Shown here in pieces: positions 32,666 to 44,117 of a stretch of 64,000 bases of DNA. The DNA is taken from positions 5,518,001 to 5,582,000 of the forward strand of contig OX337228.1 in assembly GCA_946965045.2 (NCBI GenBank). The letters run 5' to 3'. Both the position numbers and the translations under genes were made by a program. The notes beneath the pieces were generated by a model that saw only the letters and a list, made by a program, of their open reading frames with translations, made no database searches and was not told the origin of the DNA. Each line of letters starts with the position of its first letter. Within the stretch, counting starts at the first letter, position 1. The stretch is from Epithemia pelagica (taxonomy: Eukaryota > Protista > Bacillariophyta).

Positions 32666-33971
32666 TTATTCCTTCACTTCTTCATACGCCCATTTGAGCC
32701 ATGGCATCAGGGTTTCCACGTCGGCCTTTTCGACTGTCGAGCCGCACCAGATTCTAATCGACGGAGGGGCATCACGATAGCCTCCAATATCGTAGGCGAC
32801 GCCTTCGTTTTCCAAAAGCTTGACAAATGTCTTGATCTGGTCTGCAGATAAATCCAAGGTGAGGCATACCGATGTGGAAGATCGAGTGGCTGGGTCTTTC
32901 GCGAGAAAATCAATCCAGTCGTTTTCCTTGACAAAGTCTTCTACAACAGAAAGGTTGTCTAAGCTCAACTGCTTCAATGCTGATACACCACCAATTGAGT
33001 CAGCCCATTGCAAAGCATCGATGTAGTCTTCAACTGCCAAGAGACTCGGCGTATTGATCGTTGCACCCTTGAAAATGCCTGCTTCAAGCTTTCCTTTCTT
33101 TGTCAAACGAAAGACTTTGGGCAAAGGGCGATTCTCGGGTGTGTAAGATTCCAAACGCTCGACTGCCTTGGGAGAAAGAATCAAAATCCCATGACCACCT
33201 TCTCCCCCAAGAACTTTTTGCCAAGAGTAGGTTGTGACGTCCAACTTCGACCAAGGCATGTCCATGGCAAAGCAAGCAGACGTTGCATCACAGAGCGTAA
33301 GTCCTGTGCGAGAATCACTGATGAACTCACAACCATCCGGGACACGGACGCCAGACGTGGTTCCATTAAAGGTAAAGCAAATATCGTGTTCAGGGTTCGT
33401 CTTGCCCAAGTCTGGGAGCTCGCCGTAATCTGCAGTATACTCATTGACTTCAACAGTATCGCGAAGCTTTAAATGAGAAATAGCATCGGCGAACCAGCCT
33501 TTTCCGAAGGATTCCCAGTGGCAAACATCGACATTTCGCTCCCCAAGCATATTCCACATGGCCATCTCGTACGCTCCCGTGTCTGATCCAGGTACAATTC
33601 CCACTTGATAATCTTCGGGAATTTGCAGAATTCGCTTTGTTTCTGAAATCGCCAAGCCTAAACGTTCTTTTCCAATCTTGCTACGGTGCGAGCGCCCTGC
33701 TGTCCGACTGTCAAGCTTAGCAACGTCATATCCAGGGCGCTTTTTGCAGGGACCCGACGAGAATTCTGGATTCAATGGCTGTTTTGGCACATCAAAGTCA
33801 CTTGTAAGAAACCCATCAAACAATACCCTCAAGTTCAGCGGGGGCACGTACCTTCACTGCAGGAGTGGCGATGCTCATCATACGAAGAGCGGAAAAGCCT
33901 GCCACATTTCCTGGTAGTATTTTCCTTGGAGCAAAAGAAAGCATTCTGGCCGCTGATGGAAGTCGCATCAT
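32666..33971 (-). CDS. serC: Phosphoserine aminotransferase (Methanosarcina/alphaproteobacterial SerC type) with mitochondrial presequence
   Basis: Exons 33971-33852 and 33778-32666 (intron 33779-33851). Motifs: [51 protein letters not shown]. Presequence [13 protein letters not shown]. Confidence 0.93.
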
Positions 33972-34300
33972 TGTCGACAAACGTACAGATAGAAAGATTC
34001 GTGGCCAACATCCAATTTGTGCGTCTTCGGAGGGAGGAGCATGACGCGAAGACGCAAATTCTCGTTGTGTCTGTGCGACGTCGACCATCGACCTACACGT
34101 GTGTGTAAGCTAGGATTACTATGTACGAAGAAAAAGGGATTTCTCCTCTATCTGGAGGAAAGAACGCAATTACTCCTCCAACCTAGAGAAACGTCCACTC
34201 AAGATCATGGACGCAACACAGAAAAAACTGGTCGATCTGGTGTTTTCATCTGGCCAGATCCCTGAAGTAGATAAGATTCCGATCCTCAGCATCCTAGCCG

Positions 34301-36711
34301 TCACTTTTCATCCCTGTCAGCTTCAGCGTCTTGTGTTTCGTCAGCCTCGTCCTCCTCCTCGTCGTCTGATACATCATGTTCATACCAAACCCCTCCACCT
34401 CCATCAATGAGTTCAGCTTTCGCATTATCGTCCTTCGAGTAAATGCCAACACTCTGCATAGTGTGACTTCCTTTCTTTTTCCTCTTCTGCGATCGTTCAG
34501 CTAACCTAGACTTACTTTCAGGTTCCGTTGCTTCTCCACCTTCTTTTCTTACATCAATCACCAAGGCGGAAGACGGTGTGAGTCCCAATTCTTCGAGCGT
34601 CTTTTCTTCTATCATACTTCTGTCAGTAGACTTGACGACAAGCTTCTTGGCCACGCACGTGATTTGGAATTCCCCACTAGGGTCTGGAAGTTGATCAATA
34701 GCATTGGACAAATGATCTGTCGCAGCAAGCGAGATCTGATACACCTTTTTCTTTCCTGCGAATCGAATTCTCAAAACACATGTATCTAGATTCTCAGTCA
34801 CGTCAGCCTCCGTTTCCTCTTCATCCTCGTCACTTTTGTCAAACCGTCCTTCTGCGTGAAACTGAGCACGTTGGACTTCATCTTGGTGTTTGCGCAGAGC
34901 TTTTGCGGCTTCGCGCTTCGTCCTTTCAATCCATGCTTCAATGCAATCCCTTGCCACAACAAGAGGAGCGACATTGACAAACGCCCGGTCGGAACCCAGC
35001 GTCATCTCTTCGCTATTGTCGGTCGAGGTGGTCTTCGTAAAGCCGACACTTTTTAACAAGCCCAATGCAGCTGGATAAGGAGCAATCTTGCCAGCAAGGA
35101 CAGCATTTGACAGCTTGGCGGTTCTGTACTTCATCTCTGTTGGGTTTTGAATGATATTGGAGAACAGCGACCGTACGATTTTTGCGGACGCATGTACCAT
35201 GGAAGCGTCATCTCCAGTTTGCACGACGAGGGTATCTAACAACAATTGCACCCGGTCTTTCAATCGTTCACGGGCAGAAAAAGGAAAACTGGACGACCCT
35301 GCCACTTTGACTAACTTTGTGGTCAGCTCTTCGTACTTTCGCTTCTGCTCGGTGGTCAGTGGTGGGTCGAAGCTGCTTTCTCCCAGAAACAGACCCTCCA
35401 TGAAGTTTTTCATCGCATTTTCTGATCGTGGCATTCCTTGGAACATGTGAATGATCCGGCCTTTGCTAATGCCAAAGACAGTCGGTAGTGCTGTGACTTC
35501 TAAGGCTGTGGAGATGGACTTCTCTTGGTCGGTATTCACTTTGACTAAACGAAACAAGCCACCGCTTTTCTGCGCCATCTCTTCCAGGGCAGGAGTCAAT
35601 ACTTTGCATGGCCCACACCTGAACGACATAGAGACAAAATAAGGAACCATGTCGGTGGTCGAAAGAAAAAAGCTTGTCTCGCTGCTACTCACCAATCAGC
35701 ATACACATCCAATAGAACAGGTACGGGGGATTCCAAAACAAGCTCTTGTATTTCCTCTGACTTGGATTCAAACACAACGTCTGCCTTCTTTGCTGGAGAT
35801 GGCATGTCATCTTTAGGACTAGTCGTCTCAGCCGAGCTGGTGTCGTCGAGCGGCAGAAGAGTAGGGTCAATATTCGTGTCAACTGTGACGGTAGGGAAAA
35901 CATTCTGTTCTGGTTCTTCCTCTACGGAACCTGGGAGTTCTGGTTGTGGGAAATCATCACTTTCTTGCTGCTCTTCGTCCTCTTTATCTGCCAACAAGAT
36001 CGCACGTGCATCATCCATGTTCCCCTCTGCAAATGCGAGAGCACGTCGGCTCAAAAATTTGTCGTATCCTTCGGCAACAAGTTCCTCGACCAGAGGCGAA
36101 TCGGCTGGAATTTGATCAATCACATCTAGCTCCTGCTGAACCATCGAGCGTGCAGCCTCTACATTGAAGACTCTTCCGCCTTCCCCTTCAGTAGAAGTTG
36201 CACTAAGAGCAGCCAACGCCAATGTGTAATCTACGTTCATGCTTTCTGCAAGAGAAGTCGCCGCATCGACGACCTTGTCCTCACCAACGAGATGCGGCGG
36301 CGGCGGTGGTGGTGGAGGAGATGTTCCCAAGCTTTCGTCAACAGAATCTTGCATGGAATCCACTCCTTGTGGAGGAGGGGGAGGTGGTATCGGACATGCA
36401 CCCCCTGGGCAAGATTCTTCACTTGCTGGGGAAGGGGGTTTCAGACCCAGTTTTTCCATGGCTGTCTGGATCTTTTCGTCCAGCGAGGCTTCCTGGCTTC
36501 CCCCTCTAAAGGAAAATGGAACGAGTAGTCGTTGCGAGTCCTGAACAAGCTGTCGTCGTGTTGTGGGGCAGTCATGGTGAAGAATCGACGAGAAAGGTAG
36601 CTTGATAGGTTTTCCAAACAGTCCAACTTTGAATCTTCTGAGACAATGTATTGTCCTGCAAATAATTGACAGAAGAAACAATTTTGTTGCAAGTATTCGA
36701 TTCAGTTTCAT
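34301..36711 (-). CDS. Signal peptide + UBA-like + thioredoxin (WCGPC) + PUB + UBX-like protein; sPUB-like, probably periplastidal
   Basis: Exons 36711-35693 and 35618-34301; intron 35619-35692 splits the W of WCGPC. 778 aa. PUB motif NIIQNPTEMKYR..LLKSVGF. Non-aromatic residue at +1 after the signal peptide. Confidence 0.85.
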
Positions 36712-36964
36712 TGTCGACGCAAAAGCAGATGAAGATACGACTATGGCATTGACACTTATCTTGCCCTTGATGTGCCATCCACATTTCATTCCACGTGGAA
36801 ATTGTGGGAGAGCTTTGCTTGCGCATTGAGAAGCATGACCCCACCAATGCTCCAATCACTGGTCCTCTCCAGTGATCATTGATTACTACTCCTACATTCT
36901 TTGGGGCCGTCGCGGATCTTTTATTTCCTACCAATATGGTAACCGGCTTCGAATACTTCATGAC

Positions 36965-38326
36965 ATGCGGTTGATCCAGGGAAGATCATTTTTATGTTCT
37001 CTTTTAGTCATTGGTTTAAGCCTTGACTTGCGACCGTGTTTGTCTCTCGTTGTTCGATGTTTTGCATGTTGCCGTCCTCCTCTTGTCCAACGACAAAGTG
37101 CGACGAGCGACATCATTAAACCTTGGATAGGCCGTGATCTGAGTCGGCATGGGGCTTTCCAGGAATTGAGGTCGCACCAAGCATCGTCCTCGGATGATTT
37201 CGAGCAACGTCGAGATGAGGATACGCAGAGACCATTGGCAAACAGCATCATATTTCATACAATCCCGGCGACTCTCCCCGTGGATCCAAGCAAAGATGCC
37301 ACTGATGTTTCCTGGCCTCCAGCATGGTTGGAGAGTCTTCCCAATGGAGTCTATACAGTTCTTCGTATTGAGATGGATTCCGAGAACGAAACACTTATTT
37401 GGGGCCTCGATTATCATCTTGAACGCCTGGACACCTCCTTTAGTATCTGGTGGAAGCATGGAAATGGCAACAAAAATGAATTTGGTCACAATATGGAGTC
37501 TATCCTTGCCCTGGCTCGAAGAGAGACTTCGCACGTTCTTAACGAGTTGTTGCATGAAGCCCTTAGATATACCATGCTCAGAGAACACATATTAATGGCT
37601 ACAATCTTGTGGTATCCAGACAACCAACAGATTCAAGTGCATGGCCACATCAAGGCCGTCACAGTACTACCGCCTACACCCATATCGGCAACCCTTGCCG
37701 TTTTGGCTACGAACAAGAGCATCACAAACGAAGGTCTCCCGAATCGGCAAAGACTGGCCGAAAGCAAGTTCTCCTCGTGGTGCGAGGAACGCAGGCCATT
37801 AGAAACGCAGTTTCATTCAGAAGTGGCAACTCAAACAGGTCATGAAGTTATATTGACTAATGTGTCAAGTTGGGGCTTGAAAGACGGCGCGACACAAGTT
37901 CAGCTGAACTTGCTAGAAGGATTGACGAGCAATTTGTTTCTCGTGTTTCCCGATAGAGTGGTTCGTACGGCCTCAACACCCCATGTCCTCGCGGGATTTG
38001 TTCGATCTATGGCCCTGGAATGCCTGATTGATATGGGTTACACAATCAATCATGACACCTCCATGTCTGTATCGTCAACAAAGGACATTGTGACGGCGTT
38101 ATCACAGTGTGAAGAAATCTTCGTGACATCAGCGATAAAGTTGGTTGTTCCGGTGAAATCCGTGTATGTCAATCGTACTATGGTGTGGTCGTATGATTGG
38201 GATCATGTCAAAGCCGCAGGTCACTTTCCCCTTGCCCTGCACCTTCGTTCTGAGATTTTGAGGCAAAGAGATCGCTTCGTTGTCCCTGCCCCCACTTCCG
38301 AATTCGGCACGCGAGTCACAAGGTGA
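36965..38326 (+). CDS. PLP-dependent aminotransferase class IV (DAAT/BCAT/PabC-like) with N-terminal targeting peptide
   Basis: Motifs: GVYTVLR, HLERL, SKFSSW, LEGLTSNLF, VLAGFVR, IFVTSA. Confidence 0.85.
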   Translation: MRLIQGRSFLCSLLVIGLSLDLRPCLSLVVRCFACCRPPLVQRQSATSDIIKPWIGRDLSRHGAFQELRSHQASSSDDFEQRRDEDTQRPLANSIIFHTIPATLPVDPSKDATDVSWPPAWLESLPNGVYTVLRIEMDSENETLIWGLDYHLERLDTSFSIWWKHGNGNKNEFGHNMESILALARRETSHVLNELLHEALRYTMLREHILMATILWYPDNQQIQVHGHIKAVTVLPPTPISATLAVLATNKSITNEGLPNRQRLAESKFSSWCEERRPLETQFHSEVATQTGHEVILTNVSSWGLKDGATQVQLNLLEGLTSNLFLVFPDRVVRTASTPHVLAGFVRSMALECLIDMGYTINHDTSMSVSSTKDIVTALSQCEEIFVTSAIKLVVPVKSVYVNRTMVWSYDWDHVKAAGHFPLALHLRSEILRQRDRFVVPAPTSEFGTRVTR

Positions 38327-38423
38327 AGTTGTAAATGCGACCGCCACAGAAAGATACGCACCAGCTTCTCGCCCTCTCGCCTCTACCCTCTACAAAAAAC
38401 AACGAGAAATCAACACGACGACG

Positions 38424-39080
38424 ATGATGTGGAAAGTTTGTCTTTTGTGCCTCTCTTTGACAGTTTCAAGCGTTCAGGCTTGGCAGGTAAATCAGATTGA
38501 CTCTACATACATTCGGAAGAGAGTCGCTGAACCAGCCTCGAAAGCGTTTATGAGTGCCGTTCTTTCTACAGCCTTGGTTCTACTGCCACCATCTCAAGCC
38601 ATGGCTAGCAGTGATACTGCTGCTCAAGTTACATTGCAAAGTCTGCCTCCGAAAAGTATAAACGTTCAAATCAAAGACCTGCCTGTAGTGGGCAAGTTGT
38701 TGTCAGGAACATACTCAAAGGTACCCGACAATGTTGAAATTGCGAAACCATCAATTGTGATCAAATCGCCGACAGACAAAACGAAGGCAATTCAAAATCT
38801 CGTCAAGAACGGACATTTGGAGTTTGACGTTTCAGGTACTGTAAATACACATTTGGATATTGACGTTGCAGCAGACAAAGCCAAAGTGATGTCTGTCCGA
38901 GTTGCCTCGGACTTGATTCCAAAACTTCCTTTCAAGAACCTAGCCTCATCGTCACAATCCAGTCCAACTGGAGGAAAAGAAAGTGCTTGGAATATGGTCA
39001 CAAACATGGGATCTGGGGAGACATACTACTACAACGAAAAGACTGGGTTGACGCAATACGAACGTCCTGCAAAGTTTTAG
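38424..39080 (+). CDS. Plastid (possibly thylakoid-lumen) protein with a C-terminal WW-like domain
   Basis: Signal cleavage at VQA-WQV, a second hydrophobic stretch ending in A-M-A, and C-terminal W.......GETYYYNEKTGLTQYERP. Confidence 0.8.
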   Translation: MMWKVCLLCLSLTVSSVQAWQVNQIDSTYIRKRVAEPASKAFMSAVLSTALVLLPPSQAMASSDTAAQVTLQSLPPKSINVQIKDLPVVGKLLSGTYSKVPDNVEIAKPSIVIKSPTDKTKAIQNLVKNGHLEFDVSGTVNTHLDIDVAADKAKVMSVRVASDLIPKLPFKNLASSSQSSPTGGKESAWNMVTNMGSGETYYYNEKTGLTQYERPAKF

Positions 39081-39205
39081 GTCGCTCTGGATATGGAAAC
39101 AAAATATACATGACGAGTCCTTACGTTATAGCGGTGTGTCCGTGAGATAGAAGACTCTCAAAATTGATGTAATGCTTCGCCGAACTTCGACTGCGGTTTC
39201 TGCTC

Positions 39206-41059
39206 CTACTTAATTAGTGCTTCCCCCTCCAAATCCAGGGCAAGGCTTTCATACCAAAGCTGTTCCCGTTCTTTTCTGCTCTGTCTGTCATTCAAGGCAA
39301 CAAATGGCTCCACTAATCTCCCCTCGGCGTCGACATGTAGTTGATCAATCATGTTTTCATACTGTTGCATAGTGATGAACTTTTGCTTGTTGGTGTACAT
39401 CAGCTTTTCTAGCATGTCTTCCATCTTGTTGATTAGAAGCATGTTGCTATACTCATGCTTTTTCATCTTTTGTTGGATCTGCCACCAAAGCTGTCTTGTT
39501 TCCATTACCTTGGACGAGGTGGTTTCATCTGTGGTATGATCCATATCCCACCCAAGGCTCTTTCCTACGTTCCGGAGGATAATGCGCTGCCACTCCCGCA
39601 TACTGGCATCACGTTTCTTTTGAATGTCTTGCAGACGTTCTAGATCGCCCAGGTACACTCCGTGGAACCCATGAGCTCGCGAAGTTGCCCATGTGTAGCT
39701 GCGTTACGCCCAGAATAAAAGGAACGAGGCCATGAGTTTTAATGAAAGACATTTCAAGCAGATACGAGAGACACCTACCCTTTTGGCTCCACCATATACT
39801 GGAATTCCAGCTCAATCTCTGGATCGACGGGACGCATATTCCGATCAAGTCGGTATAGAAGAGGGATTCCTGTAGGAATTGTCATTCCTTTGATATCTTC
39901 ATCGGTGATCTTTAAAAAATACAAATCCATTAGAAACCAAGATCAATACAGCAACCACAGAGAAAGCAACACAGACGAACTTACTCGGTCAATATGCTTT
40001 ACCAAGGTTCGAATGGTGTTAGCATGAGAGACGATCAAGCATTTCATTCCAGCACGCATGGCTGGAACGACCATGCTCTCAAAGAAGGGTACGATACGCG
40101 CTGCGGAATCTTTCAAAGATTCTGCCCGCGAAGCCTCCAACTCTTCTTGTGATAAGGTTTTGTACCTGGATCGAACGAAAAGACACCTGTTAGGACTGAA
40201 ATGTAAGCAGATCGGTCAAGTTTGAAAATGCAAAGTACCTTCTATCATTTCCATGCCAGTACGGATGGTCATTGTCCATTACTGGAGGACGGACATGATA
40301 GGACCGTCTCATTTGCATGACTAGTTCTTGGTCAAGGTCGAGTTGTTGCCATGCAGTGTCCTTATGATAGCCCTGTAGGGATCCATAATGACGCTCATTC
40401 AACCGCCAAGTTTTTGTGACAGGAACCCAATGCTGCTGCGCCATGTTGAGGCACATATTGCAAGAGAAACTTGCTCTTTTCAAAACTGAAGTAAAAGCAT
40501 GGTCAATCTCGATACCATTCTCATACAAAAGTCTCCCAGCAGTACGAGCTTCTTTTTCACCTGTTCTTGTTAAGTTGACATCACACCATCCCGTAAACCG
40601 ATTTTCTCTGTTCCATTCCGACTCCCCATGACGGAGAAGAACCAATGTGTAAAGCGATTCCTCACCATAGCTAGCGAGTTGGAACTTGTTTTCTTCAAGA
40701 GCGACATGTGGCAGCATCAATTCTGCGTACGCTTTGCTAGAATCGGAAATTTCACCCATTCCCTGAAAAGGTCGATTTGCCGTTGTGTCACTGGCTCTCT
40801 TGCTCATTCTCATCTTTGCAGCGGCAGCACTCCGTGGCGTACTTTTGATTCGAATGGGCCCCGACCGTTCCGATTGGGTGGAGGGAGTTTTTGCGTCTCT
40901 GGTCAAAGCCTTGTCAGGACCCGAATCATTCGTCGTGAGATACCGAGACGACACGACGCTGCCTCGAGGGACAGACAAACATCCTCTGAGAATCTCGGGC
41001 AAACCATGGCGACGATTTAGGGTAGCAACGGACCATTGCAAGGGGTTCGATCTTCTCAT
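39206..41059 (-). CDS. gpmA: 2,3-BPG-dependent phosphoglycerate mutase with mitochondrial-type N-terminal extension
   Basis: Exons 41059-40239, 40165-39985, 39909-39779 and 39698-39206, 541 aa. Motifs: LLRHGESEWN, RLNERHYG, VSHANTIR, IPTGIP. Confidence 0.93.
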
Positions 41060-41200
41060 TGTTGGTTTGACATGGAACTTTGAGCCACTGACGACGACAT
41101 CATGTCAACCGCAGACGACGCTTTCCCAGGCGATTCGAAAGCGACTGAATATATTCCCGGACCGGTAATCGCGACAGTCGCAAGTGAAGAAAAATTGTCA

Positions 41201-41325
41201 TACGTGTACGTACCAAAGAGACGTTACGTACTCTCCTATTACAAGACCTACACTAAGCTATGACGTATTCTCGATTGGGTACGTTTGTCTCTTGCGCGAC
41301 GGCTTGCTTTTCATTGGTTGACGTA
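41201..41325. promoter_or_regulatory. ACGT-core cluster upstream of PGAM
   Basis: ACGT occurs at 41202, 41208, 41221, 41226, 41263, 41281 and 41321; two of these are TGACGT. Confidence 0.4.
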
Positions 41326-42392
41326 TAGGGATTCCGGATTACAACGGAACAAAGTGAAGATTGGATACCTTTGGATACCCACCCCACCCCCACGGACCCC
41401 AACGACATCAGGGACCAGACACCACATCTCACACAAATCTTGTTTGAAGATCGTTGATCTGTTGTCCAAAGATCCATTGATTCGAAAGAAAGATTATCTT
41501 GTATAAACGGCAATCTCTTCAAACAATCTGTGCTTGGACATTGGACATTTCCAAATTTAGACAAAAGGTATGTTTTAACCATGGATTCTCAGTCATTTCT
41601 CGGACGCAATGGTCACGGTATGGGTGATGCCGCTTGCCACCCGGTGTTTTCATGAGATGCAACAAAATGGACGCCAGTTTCTGCGAGGACGAATCATGAT
41701 GGACCATTATCGCTTTATCTTGATCTTGTCTTCGTTATGTCTTGCTGAACGAACGACGATGGCGAGTGGCCATGGACCATGCTGGTGATGGTCGACGACA
41801 CATCCCTGCTCGGGGGCATTTTTCGAATCCGAGGAACGTAGACAGTCGCGGAACGAAGGATCCAACATTTCAAGTGCGACAGCTTGATGACGTTACGTCA
41901 CAACGTACTTCTTGTCTGCCACCGCGGAGAATTTCTTCAACGTCTGGACGAGGATCTGAGACGGATCTTGGAGCAGTGCTGGACCAGGACTGATTCAAGT
42001 CCACGTAGTTTGTCTTTCCCCGCTGAAGTGTACTCGTCGGACATGTCTTGATTCCAATATTGTTGTCGCCAATCTCTTACACTTATCATTTCCCGCCATT
42101 TGGCTAACTTCTTATGTCGCAGTCCGTCGCAGAAAGAACCGAACATATTGCGAATTAATATCAAGTTCGTGGAACAGCTTGTTCGCAACCAATCCCAATA
42201 TCAAACACCATTGGCAGCAAAAGTGGCACTGCAAGCGCATCGCGTCTACCCAGACAGCCCAAAGACTTGAATCCAACACATCAATATCTCCGTCGGCCAA
42301 AGAACCAGCCTCCAGCAGCAGTAACCAAAGCCAACGAAATCAATACCAGACTGCATCATTGAATCTGGAATCCATTAAAGAATCAAGATACC

Positions 42393-43994
42393 ATGGCGCT
42401 TTCGGCGATCCAAGAAGATGTACCGGAGATTCACTGTGAGATTGTTTCACATTCGATTCAGAAGAATGCAACTTCTTCTATGACTCGAAACCGGTCTGTT
42501 GCACAATCCAAGGATGAGTTTTTCGTGAAATCCTTGTCTATTCAACGTCCTGATGAGGACGAGCCAGAAGTAGATGCTCGCAGTGATCTCAAGATGCACG
42601 GTCCCATTCATGCGCAACACAGTGCCCTGTCATCGTCAAAGATGCCTCCCCTCTTTCAATCCGAATCTTCAATCACCACCATGCTCAAACCTCGGCTTAC
42701 ACTTTCCGCCTTCCGGGGACCATCTGCAAATATAACACAGACGGACCCCTCGAGGCGGTTACAAGATTTCTATGATCTTGACCGGCCGGGCTTTACTGGT
42801 GTTTTGGGACATGGTGCCTTCAGCACAGTGCGATTGGCACTACGGAAATGCGACTCAACACCTGTGGCGGTGAAGAGCATTGCCAAACATGAAGCCCTTC
42901 GATCAAGGCGGCTTCGGCCAGGAAAATACTTAGAAGAATGGGAAATTCTCAGGAGAATGAGAGGGCATCAGTATATTATCCAGCTATTGGATGTATTCGA
43001 AACAGACGAAGAGATTCAACTTGTGCTTGAATACTGTGAGGGTGGAGAACTTTTCAACGCAATTCAGAGAAAGCGCAATCGGAGCTACGCAATGCGCCGA
43101 GGACAGTATAGCGAACAACAAGCAGCATGCATCGCAAACCAAATCCTGCGGGCGCTCTGTGATATTCACGCTGCTGGAATCGTGCATCGAGACCTGAAAC
43201 CAGAGAACATTTTACTGTGGTCCGATAATGAAAACAGCGTACGCGTGAAGCTGTGTGACTTTGGAATGGCACGATCGGTCCTTCAGAAAGGGAAGGATGA
43301 TGAGCGGCGACAAGGCGATACCTCGCCACTTTCGCCTGACGTGTCAGGAACATGTGCGGCTATTGGAGGAAGCTACTACATGGCTCCGGAGCTTCAGTAT
43401 GGCCCTTCTTACGACACCTCCGTTGATATCTACTCGTTGGGAGTGACGCTCTACATTGTGCTTTGCGGGTTTCCTCCTGTTTTTTCAGGTCCGGACGCAG
43501 ATCAAGTCATGTTTCCGCTTTCATACTGGAAAGACATATCCGAGGACGCCAAGAACTTGGTCCGAAGGATGCTCAGCGCGGATCCTTCATTGCGTATTAC
43601 AGCTGCTGAAGCGCTTCGGGATCGATGGATATGGAATCACCGCTTTTCCATTTCCCACGCTCTTTCACCACGAACCTCTCGTGGCAGATTCGTTCAAAAC
43701 AAGTCTGAGGACGTGATTACTGTGGCAGTCCGACGATTGAGCAAGAACAAGCACAAGCACATGAAAGTACGGAAACGAAGATCTTCTCGAAAGAGCCAGC
43801 TCCTATCTCCAAAGAGACAAAGGCTGGGTGCTGTAAACAACAGCGCATCCACCGCCTTGATGGCCTTGGCCGATTTATATCGTGATGTTGCGCAGTCACC
43901 CTCGGCGAAGGTTATCTCATCTGTTGTGAATCATAATGCCATGGAGAGTGGAGCGGCTTTCAAGAGATCACCGCTTCCCACTCTATCAGTTTAA
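42393..43994 (+). CDS. CAMK-group Ser/Thr protein kinase
   Basis: Motifs: LGHGAFSTV, VAVKSI, LEYCEGGELF, HRDLKPEN, DFG, YYMAPE, DIYSLGV, GFPP. Confidence 0.93.
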   Translation: MALSAIQEDVPEIHCEIVSHSIQKNATSSMTRNRSVAQSKDEFFVKSLSIQRPDEDEPEVDARSDLKMHGPIHAQHSALSSSKMPPLFQSESSITTMLKPRLTLSAFRGPSANITQTDPSRRLQDFYDLDRPGFTGVLGHGAFSTVRLALRKCDSTPVAVKSIAKHEALRSRRLRPGKYLEEWEILRRMRGHQYIIQLLDVFETDEEIQLVLEYCEGGELFNAIQRKRNRSYAMRRGQYSEQQAACIANQILRALCDIHAAGIVHRDLKPENILLWSDNENSVRVKLCDFGMARSVLQKGKDDERRQGDTSPLSPDVSGTCAAIGGSYYMAPELQYGPSYDTSVDIYSLGVTLYIVLCGFPPVFSGPDADQVMFPLSYWKDISEDAKNLVRRMLSADPSLRITAAEALRDRWIWNHRFSISHALSPRTSRGRFVQNKSEDVITVAVRRLSKNKHKHMKVRKRRSSRKSQLLSPKRQRLGAVNNSASTALMALADLYRDVAQSPSAKVISSVVNHNAMESGAAFKRSPLPTLSV

Positions 43995-44117
43995 TAATTC
44001 GGAGTGCAATATTGATTTAGCGATTTATGTTATTTTGAATCTCTCCAGCTGTAGCGATAGGGACTGTATTAGATGACACGAACTGCAGACAATTTCAAAA
44101 TGCAATAGTGTTATACA

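Noticed and set aside
41253-42300. Short ORFs between PGAM and the CAMK gene
   Set aside because: No frame stays open, no consistent splice model emerged and no motifs were found. Treated as intergenic.
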